A program made the translations under genes and the position numbers. A stretch of DNA of 64,000 nt from Auanema rhodensis (Eukaryota; Animalia; Nematoda). The DNA is taken from NCBI GenBank assembly GCA_964057225.1, contig OZ059897.1, positions 20,398,001 through 20,462,000 on the forward strand. Direction: 5' to 3'. The notes under the pieces were generated by a model that worked only from the letters and a program-made list of their open reading frames with translations, ran no database searches and was not told the DNA's origin. Below, in pieces: positions 1 to 10,881 of the stretch (within the stretch, counting starts at the first letter, position 1; every line of letters begins with the position of its first letter).

Positions 1-27
1 ATCGTTTGAAAAATGATGCATTAGTGT

Positions 28-55
28 ATGTTGAGTTTCCATGTACACTCAACAT
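28..55. other. Inverted repeat, 9-bp stem with 10-nt loop (repeated in each monomer)
   Basis: ATGTTGAGT (28-36) is the exact reverse complement of ACTCAACAT (47-55). Confidence 0.9.
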
Positions 56-62
56 TGCTTCC

Positions 63-128
63 AAAAACATTTTGACAAAAATTTTTTCGAAAAATTTCAA
101 AATAATTTAGCAAAAAGTAGATGTTTTT
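63..128. other. Nested imperfect palindrome centred on TTTTTCGAAAAA (repeated in each monomer)
   Basis: Perfect 12-bp palindrome at 83-94; ATTTTGA (69-75) pairs with TCAAAAT (97-103); AAAAACAT (63-70) pairs with ATGTTTTT (121-128). Confidence 0.8.
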
Positions 129-205
129 AGATACCTTTTTTCAAGGCAAAGACGATGAACAATGTTATTCAACGAAAAAATTAATTCTTCAGGGTGAAAA
201 TCGAG

Positions 206-227
206 GATATAAGTGTAAACTTATATC
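206..227. other. Inverted repeat, 9-bp stem with 4-nt loop GTAA or GTGA (repeated in each monomer)
   Basis: GATATAAGT (206-214) pairs with ACTTATATC (219-227); loop at 215-218. Confidence 0.9.
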
Positions 228-237
228 AGTTGATATC

Positions 238-304
238 TCGGTGCATTTTTAAGCTAGCGCAAATCTGATAACACAGATCGACGCAGCTTAAAAATCCGCA
301 TCGA
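238..304. other. Long imperfect hairpin of about 67 nt (repeated in each monomer)
   Basis: TCGGTGC (238-244) pairs with GCATCGA (298-304) with one G-T; ATTTTTAAGCT (245-255) with AGCTTAAAAAT (285-295); GCG (257-259) with CGC (282-284); ATCTG (263-267) with CAGAT (274-278); loop ATAACA. Confidence 0.9.
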
Positions 305-1755
305 ATGCACTATACTACATTGAGAAACGCTTAATACAAAAATTAGTTATGATCGTTTGAAAAATGATGCATTAGTGTATGTTGAGTTTCCATGTACACT
401 CAACATTGCTTCCAAAAACATTTTGACAAAAATTTTTTCGAAAAATTTCAAAATAATTTAGCAAAAAGTAGATGTTTTTAGATTCCTTTTTTCAAGGCAA
501 AGACGATGGACAATGTTATTCAACGAAAAAATTATTTCTTCAGGGTGAAAATCGAGGATATAAGTGTGAACTTATATCAGTTGATATCTCGGTGCATTTT
601 TAAGCTAGCGCAAATCTGATAACACAGATCGACGCAGCTTAAAAATCCGCATCGAATGCACTATACTACATGGAAGAACGCTTAATACAAAAATTAGTTA
701 TGATCGTTTGAAAAATGATGCATTAGTGTATGTTGAGTTTCCATGTACACTCAACATTGCTTCCAAAAACATTTTGACAAAAATTTTTTCGAAAAATTTC
801 AAAATAATTTAGCAAAAAGTAGATGTTTTTAGATTCCTTTTTTCAAGGCAAAGACGATGGACAATGTTATTCAACGAAAAAATTATTTCTTCAGGGTGAA
901 AATCGAGGATATAAGTGTGAACTTATATCAGTTGATATCTCGGTACATTTTTAAGCTAGCGCAAATCTGATAACACAGATCGACGCAGCTTAAAAATCCG
1001 CATCGAATGCACTATACTACATGGAAGAACGCTTAATACAAAAATTAGTTATGATCGTTTGAAAAATGATGCATTAGTGTATGTTGAGTTTCCATGTACA
1101 CTCAACATTGCTTCCAAAAACATTTTGACAAAAATTTTTTCGAAAAATTTCAAAATAATTTAGCAAAAAGTAGATGTTTTTAGATACCTTTTTTCAAGGC
1201 AAAGACGATGGACAATGTTATTCAACGAAAAAATTAATTCTTCAGGGTGAAAATCGAGGATATAAGTGTAAACTTATATCAGTTGATATCTCGGTACATT
1301 TTTAAGCTAGCGCAAATCTGATAACACAGATCGACGCAGCTTAAAAATCCGCATCGAATGCACTATACTACATGGAAGAACGCTTAATACAAAAATTAGT
1401 TATGATCGTTTGAAAAATGATGCATTAGTGTATGTTGAGTTTCCATGTACACTCAACATTGCTTCCAAAAACATTTTGACAAAAATTTTTTCGAAAAATT
1501 TCAGAATAATTTAGCAAAAAGTAGATGTTTTTAGATTCCTTTTTTCAAGGCAAAGACGATAAACAATGTTATTCAACGAAAAAATTATTTCTTCAGGGTG
1601 AAAATCGAGGATATAAGTGTAAACTTATATCAGTTGATATCTCGGTACATTTCTAAGCTAGCGCAAATCTGATAACACAGATCGACGCAGCTTAAAAATC
1701 CGCATCGAATGCACTATACTACATTAAGAAACGCTTAATACAAAAATTAGTTATG

Positions 1756-4700
1756 ATCGTTTGAAAAATGATGCATTAGTGTATGTTGAGTTTCCATGTA
1801 CACTCAACATTGCTTCCAAAAACATTTTGACAAAAATTTTTTCGAAAAATTTCAAAATAATTTAGCAAAAAGTAGATGTTTTTAGATTCCTTTTTTCAAG
1901 GCAAAGACGATGGACAATGTTATTCAACGAAAAAATTATTTCTTCAGGGTGAAAATCGAGGATATAAGTGTAAACTTATATCAGTTGATATCTTGGTGCA
2001 TTTCTAAGCTAGCGCAAATCTGATAACACAGATCGACGCAGCTTAAAAATCCGCATCGAATGCACTATACTACATTGAGAAACGCTTAATACAAAAATTA
2101 GTTATGATCGTTTGAAAAATGATGCATTAGTGTATGTTGAGTTTCCATGTACACTCAACATTGCTTCCAAAAACATTTTGACAAAAATTTTTTCGAAAAA
2201 TTTCAAAATAATTTAGCAAAAAGTAGATGTTTTTAGATTCCTTTTTTCAAGGCAAAGACAATGGACCATGTTATTCAACGAAAAAATTAATTCTTCAGGG
2301 TGAAAATCGAGGATATAAGTGTAAACTTATATCATTTGATATCTCGGTGCATTTTTAAGCTAGCGCAAATCTGATAACACAGATCGACGCAGCTTAAAAA
2401 TCCGCATCGAATGCACTATACTACATTAAGAAACGCTTAATACAAAAATTAGTTATGATCGTTTGAAAAATGATGCATTAGTGTATGTTGAGTTTCCATG
2501 TACACTCAACATTGCTTCCAAAAACATTTTGACAAAAATTTTTTCGAAAAATTTCAAAATAATTTAGCAAAAAGTAGATGTTTTTAGATTCCTTTTTTCA
2601 AGGCAAAGACAATGGACCATGTTATTCAACGAAAAAATTAATTCTTCAGGGTGAAAATCGAGGATATAAGTGTGAACTTATATCAGTTGATATCTCGGTA
2701 CATTTTTAAGCTAGCGCAAATCTGATAACACAGATCGACGCAGCTTGAAAATCCGCATCGAATGCACTATACTACATTAAGAAACGCTTAATACAAAAAT
2801 TAGTTATGATCGTTTGAAAAATGATGCATTAGTGTATGTTGAGTTTCCATGTACGCTCAACATTGCTTCCAAAAACATTTTGACAAAAATTTTTTCGAAA
2901 AATTTCAAAATAATTTAGCAAAAAGTAGATGTTTTTAGATTTCTTTTTTCAAGGCAAAGACGATGGACAATGTTATTCAACGAAAAAATTAATTCTTCAG
3001 GGTGAAAATCGAGGATATAAGTGTGAACTTATATCAGTTGATATCTCGGTACATTTTTAAGCTAGCGCAAATCTGATAACACAGATCGACGCAGCTTAAA
3101 AATCCGCATCGAATGCACTATACTACATGGAAGAACGCTTAATACAAAAATTAGTTATGATCGTTTGAAAAATGATGCATTAGTGTATGTTGAGTTTCCA
3201 TGTACACTCAACATTGCTTCCAAAAACATTTTGACAAAAATTTTTTCGAAAAATTTCAAAATAATTTAGCAAAAAGTAGATGTTTTTAGATACCTTTTTT
3301 CAAGGCAAAGACGATGAACAATGTTATTCAACGAAAAAATTAATTCTTCAGGGTGAAAATCGAGGATATAAGTGTAAACTTATATCAGTTGATATCTCGG
3401 TGCATTTTTAAGCTAGCGCAAATCTGATAACACAGATCGACGCAGCTTAAAAATCCGCATCGAATGCACTATACTACATTGAAAAACGCTTAATACAAAA
3501 ATTAGTTATGATCGTTTGAAAAATGATGCATTAGTGTATGTTGAGTTTCCATGTACACTCAACATTGCTTCCAAAAACATTTTGACAAAAATTTTTTCGA
3601 AAAATTTCAAAATAATTTAGCAAAAAGTAGATGTTTTTAGATTCCTTTTTTCAAGGCAAAGACGATGGACAATGTTATTTAACGAAAAAATTAATTCTTT
3701 AGGGTGAAAATCGAGGATATAAGTGTAAACTTATATCAGTTGATATCTCGGTGCATTTTTAAGCTAGCGCAAATCTGATAACACAGATCGACGCAGCTTA
3801 AAAATCCGCATCGAATGCACTATACGACATTGAGAAACGCTTAATACAAAAATTAGTTATGATCGTTTGAAAAATGATGCATTAGTGTATGTTGAGTTTC
3901 CATGTACACTCAACATTGCTTCCAAAAACATTTTGACAAAAATTTTTTCGAAAAATTTCAAAATAATTTAGCAAAAAGTAGATGTTTTTAGATTCCTTTT
4001 TTCAAGGCAAAGACGATGGACAATGTTATTCAACGAAAAAATTAATTCTTCAGGGTGAAAATCGAGGATATAAGTGTGAACTTATATCAGTTGATATCTC
4101 GGTACATTTTTAAGCTAGCGCAAATCTGATAACACAGATCGACGCAGCTTAAAAATCTGCATCGAATGCACTATACTACATGGAAGAATGCTTAATACAA
4201 AAATTAGTTATGATCGTTTGGAAAATGATGCATTAGTGTATGTTGAGTTTCCATGTACACTCAACATTGCTTCCAAAAACATTTTGACAAAAATTTTTTC
4301 GAAAAATTTCAAAATAATTTAGCAAAAAGTAGATGTTTTTAGATTCCTTTTTTCAAGGCAAAGACGATGGACAATGTTATTCAACGAAAAAATTAATTCT
4401 TCAGGGTGAAAATCGAGGATATAAGTGTGAACTTATATCAGTTGATATCTCGGTACATTTTTAAGCTAGCGCAAATCTGATAACACAGATCGACGCAGCT
4501 TAAAAATCTGCATCGAATGCACTATACTACATGGAAGAATGCTTAATACAAAAATTAGTTATGATCGTTTGGAAAATGATGCATTAGTGTATGTTGAGTT
4601 TCCATGTACACTCAACATTGCTTCCAAAAACATTTTGACAAAAATTTTTTCGAAAAATTTCAAAATAATTTAGCAAAAAGTAGATGTTTTTAGATTCCTT

Positions 4701-6318
4701 TTTTCAAGGCAAAGACGATGGACAATGTTATTCAACGAAAAAATTATTTCTTCAGGGTGAAAATCGAGGATATAAGTGTAAACTTATATCAGTTGATATC
4801 TTGGTGCATTTCTAAGCTAGCGCAAATCTGATAACACAGATCGACGCAGCTTAAAAATCCGCATCGAATGCACTATACTACATTGAGAAACGCTTAATAC
4901 AAAAATTAGTTATGATCGTTTGAAAAATGATGCATTAGTGTATGTTGAGTTTCCATGTACACTCAACATTGCTTCCAAAAACATTTTGACAAAAATTTTT
5001 TCGAAAAATTTCAAAATAATTTAGCAAAAAGTAGATGTTTTTAGATTCCTTTTTTCAAGGCAAAGACAATGGACCATGTTATTCAACGAAAAAATTAATT
5101 CTTCAGGGTGAAAATCGAGGATATAAGTGTAAACTTATATCATTTGATATCTCGGTGCATTTTTAAGCTAGCGCAAATCTGATAACACAGATCGACGCAG
5201 CTTAAAAATCCGCATCGAATGCACTATACTACATTAAGAAACGCTTAATACAAAAATTAGTTATGATCGTTTGAAAAATGATGCATTAGTGTATGTTGAG
5301 TTTCCATGTACACTCAACATTGCTTCCAAAAACATTTTGACAAAAATTTTTTCGAAAAATTTCAAAATAATTTAGCAAAAAGTAGATGTTTTTAGATTCC
5401 TTTTTTCAAGGCAAAGACAATGGACCATGTTATTCAACGAAAAAATTAATTCTTCAGGGTGAAAATCGAGGATATAAGTGTGAACTTATATCAGTTGATA
5501 TCTCGGTACATTTTTAAGCTAGCGCAAATCTGATAACACAGATCGACGCAGCTTGAAAATCCGCATCGAATGCACTATACTACATTAAGAAACGCTTAAT
5601 ACAAAAATTAGTTATGATCGTTTGAAAAATGATGCATTAGTGTATGTTGAGTTTCCATGTACGCTCAACATTGCTTCCAAAAACATTTTGACAAAAATTT
5701 TTTCGAAAAATTTCAAAATAATTTAGCAAAAAGTAGATGTTTTTAGATTTCTTTTTTCAAGGCAAAGACGATGGACAATGTTATTCAACGAAAAAATTAA
5801 TTCTTCAGGGTGAAAATCGAGGATATAAGTGTGAACTTATATCAGTTGATATCTCGGTACATTTTTAAGCTAGCGCAAATCTGATAACACAGATCGACGC
5901 AGCTTAAAAATCCGCATCGAATGCACTATACTACATGGAAGAACGCTTAATACAAAAATTAGTTATGATCGTTTGAAAAATGATGCATTAGTGTATGTTG
6001 AGTTTCCATGTACACTCAACATTGCTTCCAAAAACATTTTGACAAAAATTTTTTCGAAAAATTTCAAAATAATTTAGCAAAAAGTAGATGTTTTTAGATA
6101 CCTTTTTTCAAGGCAAAGACGATGAACAATGTTATTCAACGAAAAAATTAATTCTTCAGGGTGAAAATCGAGGATATAAGTGTAAACTTATATCAGTTGA
6201 TATCTCGGTGCATTTTTAAGCTAGCGCAAATCTGATAACACAGATCGACGCAGCTTAAAAATCCGCATCGAATGCACTATACTACATTGAGAAACGCTTA
6301 ATACAAAAATTAGTTATG
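1756..6318. repeat. Block duplication at 8-monomer (2808-bp) offset: monomers 6-10 recur as 14-18
   Basis: Rare variants recur exactly 2808 bp apart: TCTTGG at 1994/4802, GCTTGAAA at 2747/5555, TACGCTC at 2855/5663. Confidence 0.85.
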
Positions 6319-9300
6319 ATCGTTTGAAAAATGATGCATTAGTGTATGTTGAGTTTCCATGTACACTCAACATTGCTTCCAAAAACATTTTGACAAAAAT
6401 TTTTTCGAAAAATTTCAAAATAATTTAGCAAAAAGTAGATGTTTTTAGATTCCTTTTTTCAAGGCAAAGACGATGGACAATGTTATTCAACGAAAAAATT
6501 ATTTCTTCAGGGTGAAAATCGAGGATATAAGTGTGAACTTATATCAGTTGATATCTCGGTGCATTTTTAAGCTAGCGCAAATCTGATAACACAGATCGAC
6601 GCAGCTTAAAAATCCGCATCGAATGCACTATACTACATGGAAGAACGCTTAATACAAAAATTAGTTATGATCGTTTGAAAAATGATGCATTAGTGTATGT
6701 TGAGTTTCCATGTACACTCAACATTGCTTCCAAAAACATTTTGACAAAAATTTTTTCGAAAAATTTCAAAATAATTTAGCAAAAAGTAGATGTTTTTAGA
6801 TTCCTTTTTTCAAGGCAAAGACGATGGACAATGTTATTCAACGAAAAAATTATTTCTTCAGGGTGAAAATCGAGGATATAAGTGTGAACTTATATCAGTT
6901 GATATCTCGGTACATTTTTAAGCTAGCGCAAATCTGATAACACAGATCGACGCAGCTTAAAAATCCGCATCGAATGCACTATACTACATGGAAGAACGCT
7001 TAATACAAAAATTAGTTATGATCGTTTGAAAAATGATGCATTAGTGTATGTTGAGTTTCCATGTACACTCAACATTGCTTCCAAAAACATTTTGACAAAA
7101 ATTTTTTCGAAAAATTTCAAAATAATTTAGCAAAAAGTAGATGTTTTTAGATACCTTTTTTCAAGGCAAAGACGATGGACAATGTTATTCAACGAAAAAA
7201 TTAATTCTTCAGGGTGAAAATCGAGGATATAAGTGTAAACTTATATCAGTTGATATCTCGGTACATTTTTAAGCTAGCGCAAATCTGATAACACAGATCG
7301 ACGCAGCTTAAAAATCCGCATCGAATGCACTATACTACATGGAAGAACGCTTAATACAAAAATTAGTTATGATCGTTTGAAAAATGATGCATTAGTGTAT
7401 GTTGAGTTTCCATGTACACTCAACATTGCTTCCAAAAACATTTTGACAAAAATTTTTTCGAAAAATTTCAGAATAATTTAGCAAAAAGTAGATGTTTTTA
7501 GATTCCTTTTTTCAAGGCAAAGACGATAAACAATGTTATTCAACGAAAAAATTAATTCTTCAGGGTGAAAATCGAGGATATAAGTGTAAACTTATATCAG
7601 TTGATATCTCGGTGCATTTTTAAGCTAGCGCAAATCTGATAACACAGATCGACGCAGCTTAAAAATCCGCATCGAATGCACTATACTACATTGAGAAACG
7701 CTTAATACAAAAATTAGTTATGATCGTTTGAAAAATGATGCATTAGTGTATGTTGAGTTTCCATGTACACTCAACATTGCTTCCAAAAACATTTTGACAA
7801 AAATTTTTTCGAAAAATTTCAAAATAATTTAGCAAAAAGTAGATGTTTTTAGATTCCTTTTTTCAAGGCAAAGACAATGGACCATGTTATTCAACGAAAA
7901 AATTAATTCTTCAGGGTGAAAATCGAGGATATAAGTGTAAACTTATATCAGTTGATATCTCGGTGCATTTTTAAGCTAGCGCAAATCTGATAACACAGAT
8001 CGACGCAGCTTAAAAATCCGCATCGAATGCACTATACTACATTGAGAAACGCTTAATACAAAAATTAGTTATGATCGTTTGAAAAATGATGCATTAGTGT
8101 ATGTTGAGTTTCCATGTACACTCAACATTGCTTCCAAAAACATTTTGACAAAAATTTTTTCGAAAAATTTCAAAATAATTTAGCAAAAAGTAGATGTTTT
8201 TAGATTCCTTTTTTCAAGGCAAAGACAATGGACCATGTTATTCAACGAAAAAATTAATTCTTCAGGGTGAAAATCGAGGATATAAGTGTAAACTTATATC
8301 ATTTGATATCTCGGTGCATTTTTAAGCTAGCGCAAATCTGATAACACAGATCGACGCAGCTTAAAAATCCGCATCGAATGCACTATACTACATTAAGAAA
8401 CGCTTAATACAAAAATTAGTTATGATCGTTTGAAAAATGATGCATTAGTGTATGTTGAGTTTCCATGTACACTCAACATTGCTTCCAAAAACATTTTGAC
8501 AAAAATTTTTTCGAAAAATTTCAAAATAATTTAGCAAAAAGTAGATGTTTTTAGATTCCTTTTTTCAAGGCAAAGACAATGGACCATGTTATTCAACGAA
8601 AAAATTAATTCTTCAGGGTGAAAATCGAGGATATAAGTGTAAACTTATATCAGTTGATATCTCGGTGCATTTTTAAGCTAGCGCAAATCTGATAACACAG
8701 ATCGACGCAGCTTAAAAATCCGCATCGAATGCACTATACTACATTGAGAAACGCTTAATACAAAAATTAGTTATGATCGTTTGAAAAATGATGCATTAGT
8801 GTATGTTGAGTTTCCATGTACACTCAACATTGCTTCCAAAAACATTTTGACAAAAATTTTTTCGAAAAATTTCAAAATAATTTAGCAAAAAGTAGATGTT
8901 TTTAGATTCCTTTTTTCAAGGCAAAGACAATGGACCATGTTATTCAACGAAAAAATTAATTCTTCAGGGTGAAAATCGAGGATATAAGTGTAAACTTATA
9001 TCATTTGATATCTCGGTGCATTTTTAAGCTAGCGCAAATCTGATAACACAGATCGACGCAGCTTAAAAATCCGCATCGAATGCACTATACTACATTAAGA
9101 AACGCTTAATACAAAAATTAGTTATGATCGTTTGAAAAATGATGCATTAGTGTATGTTGAGTTTCCATGTACACTCAACATTGCTTCCAAAAACATTTTG
9201 ACAAAAATTTTTTCGAAAAATTTCAAAATAATTTAGCAAAAAGTAGATGTTTTTAGATTCCTTTTTTCAAGGCAAAGACAATGGACCATGTTATTCAACG

Positions 9301-10881
9301 AAAAAATTAATTCTTCAGGGTGAAAATCGAGGATATAAGTGTGAACTTATATCAGTTGATATCTCGGTACATTTTTAAGCTAGCGCAAATCTGATAACAC
9401 AGATCGACGCAGCTTAAAAATCCGCATCGAATGCACTATACTACATTAAGAAACGCTTAATACAAAAATTAGTTATGATCGTTTGAAAAATGATGCATTA
9501 GTGTATGTTGAGTTTCCATGTACGCTCAACATTGCTTCCAAAAACATTTATTTTAAAATTTTTTCGAAAAATTTCAAAATAATTTAGCAAAAAGTAGATG
9601 TTTTTTGATTTCTTTTTTCAAGGCAAAGACGATGGACAATGTTATTCAACGAAAAAATTAATTCTTCAGGGTGAAAATCGAGGATATAAGTGTGAACTTA
9701 TATCAGTTGATATCTCGGTACATTTTTAAGCTAGCGCAAATCTGATAACACAGATCGACGCAGCTTAAAAATCCGCATCGAATGCACTATACTACATGGA
9801 AGAACGCTTAATACAAAAATTAGTTATGATCGTTTGAAAAATGATGCATTAGTGTATGTTGAGTTTCCATGTACACTCAACATTGCTTCCAAAAACATTT
9901 TGACAAAAATTTTTTCGAAAAATTTCAAAATAATTTAGCAAAAAGTAGATGTTTTTAGATACCTTTTTTCAAGGCAAAGACGATGAACAATGTTATTCAA
10001 CGAAAAAATTAATTCTTCAGGGTGAAAATCGAGGATATAAGTGTAAACTTATATCAGTTGATATCTCGGTGCATTTTTAAGCTAGCGCAAATCTGATAAC
10101 ACAGATCGACGCAGCTTAAAAATCCGCATCGAATGCACTATACTACATTGAGAAACGCTTAATACAAAAATTAGTTATGATCGTTTGAAAAATGATGCAT
10201 TAGTGTATGTTGAGTTTCCATGTACACTCAACATTGCTTCCAAAAACATTTTGACAAAAATTTTTTCGAAAAATTTCAAAATAATTTAGCAAAAAGTAGA
10301 TGTTTTTAGATTCCTTTTTTTAAGGCAAAGACGATGGACAATGTTATTCAACGAAAAAATTATTTCTTCAGGGTGAAAATCGAGGATATAAGTGTGAACT
10401 TATATCAGTTGATATCTCGGTGCATTTTTAAGCTAGCGCAAATCTGATAACACAGATCGACGCAGCTTAAAAATCCGCATCGAATGCACTATACTACAAT
10501 GAGAAACGCTTAATACAAAAATTAGTTATGATCGTTTGAAAAATGATGCATTAGTGTATGTTGAGTTTCCATGTACACTCAACATTGCTTCCAAAAACAT
10601 TTTGACAAAAATTTTTTCGAAAAATTTCAAAATAATTTAGCAAAAAGTAGATGTTTTTGGATTCCTTTTTTCAAGGCAAAGACAATGGACCATGTTATTC
10701 AACGAAAAAATTAATTCTTCAGGGTGAAAATCGAGGATATAAGTGTGAACTTATATCAGTTGATATCTCGGTGCATTTTTAAGCTAGCGCAAATCTGATA
10801 ACACAGATCGACGCAGCTTAAAAATCCGCATCGAATGCACTATACTACATTAAGAAACGCTTAATACAAAAATTAGTTATG

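Larger units (their letters stand above)
1..351. repeat. Representative monomer (arbitrary phase)
   Basis: Hand count gives 108 G+C in 351 bp. Sites per monomer include NsiI ATGCAT (16-21), BstBI TTCGAA (86-91), EcoRV GATATC (232-237) and NheI GCTAGC (253-258). Confidence 0.98.

Noticed and set aside
161-177. CENP-B box-like motif (minus strand TTTCGTTGAATAACATT)
   Set aside because: The TTCG half matches, but the essential CGGG is replaced by ACAT.
186-192. Hammerhead ribozyme core (minus-strand CTGAAGA fits CUGANGA; plus-strand CTGATAA at 265-271 is a near miss), since some animal satellites encode hammerheads
   Set aside because: I could not build stem II closing onto a GAAA, nor stems I and III with a UH cleavage site. 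An Infernal/Rfam scan of a dimer would settle it.
206-258. Helitron 3' end (hairpin followed by CTAG at 254-257)
   Set aside because: The hairpin is AT-rich and its spacing atypical, CTAG is followed by C rather than the T of an AT target, and no element boundary is visible.
243-325. Linkage of A243 with the GGAAG allele as compensatory base-pair covariation
   Set aside because: The two sites do not pair in any helix found, and recombinant combinations exist (monomers 2 and 8). Shared ancestry explains the linkage.
1-351. Assignment to a named family such as Drosophila 1.688 (353-359 bp) or the ~350-bp tenebrionid beetle satellites
   Set aside because: Length and AT content are similar, but I recognise no sequence match. 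BLASTN is needed.
1-351. Tandem RNA-gene array (5S rRNA, tRNA, snRNA, SL RNA)
   Set aside because: I see no cloverleaf, Pol III A/B/C boxes, or recognisable 5S or spliced-leader sequence.
1-351. Coding tandem repeat, because 351 bp equals 117 codons
   Set aside because: The ORF track shows no frame on either strand open across a monomer.
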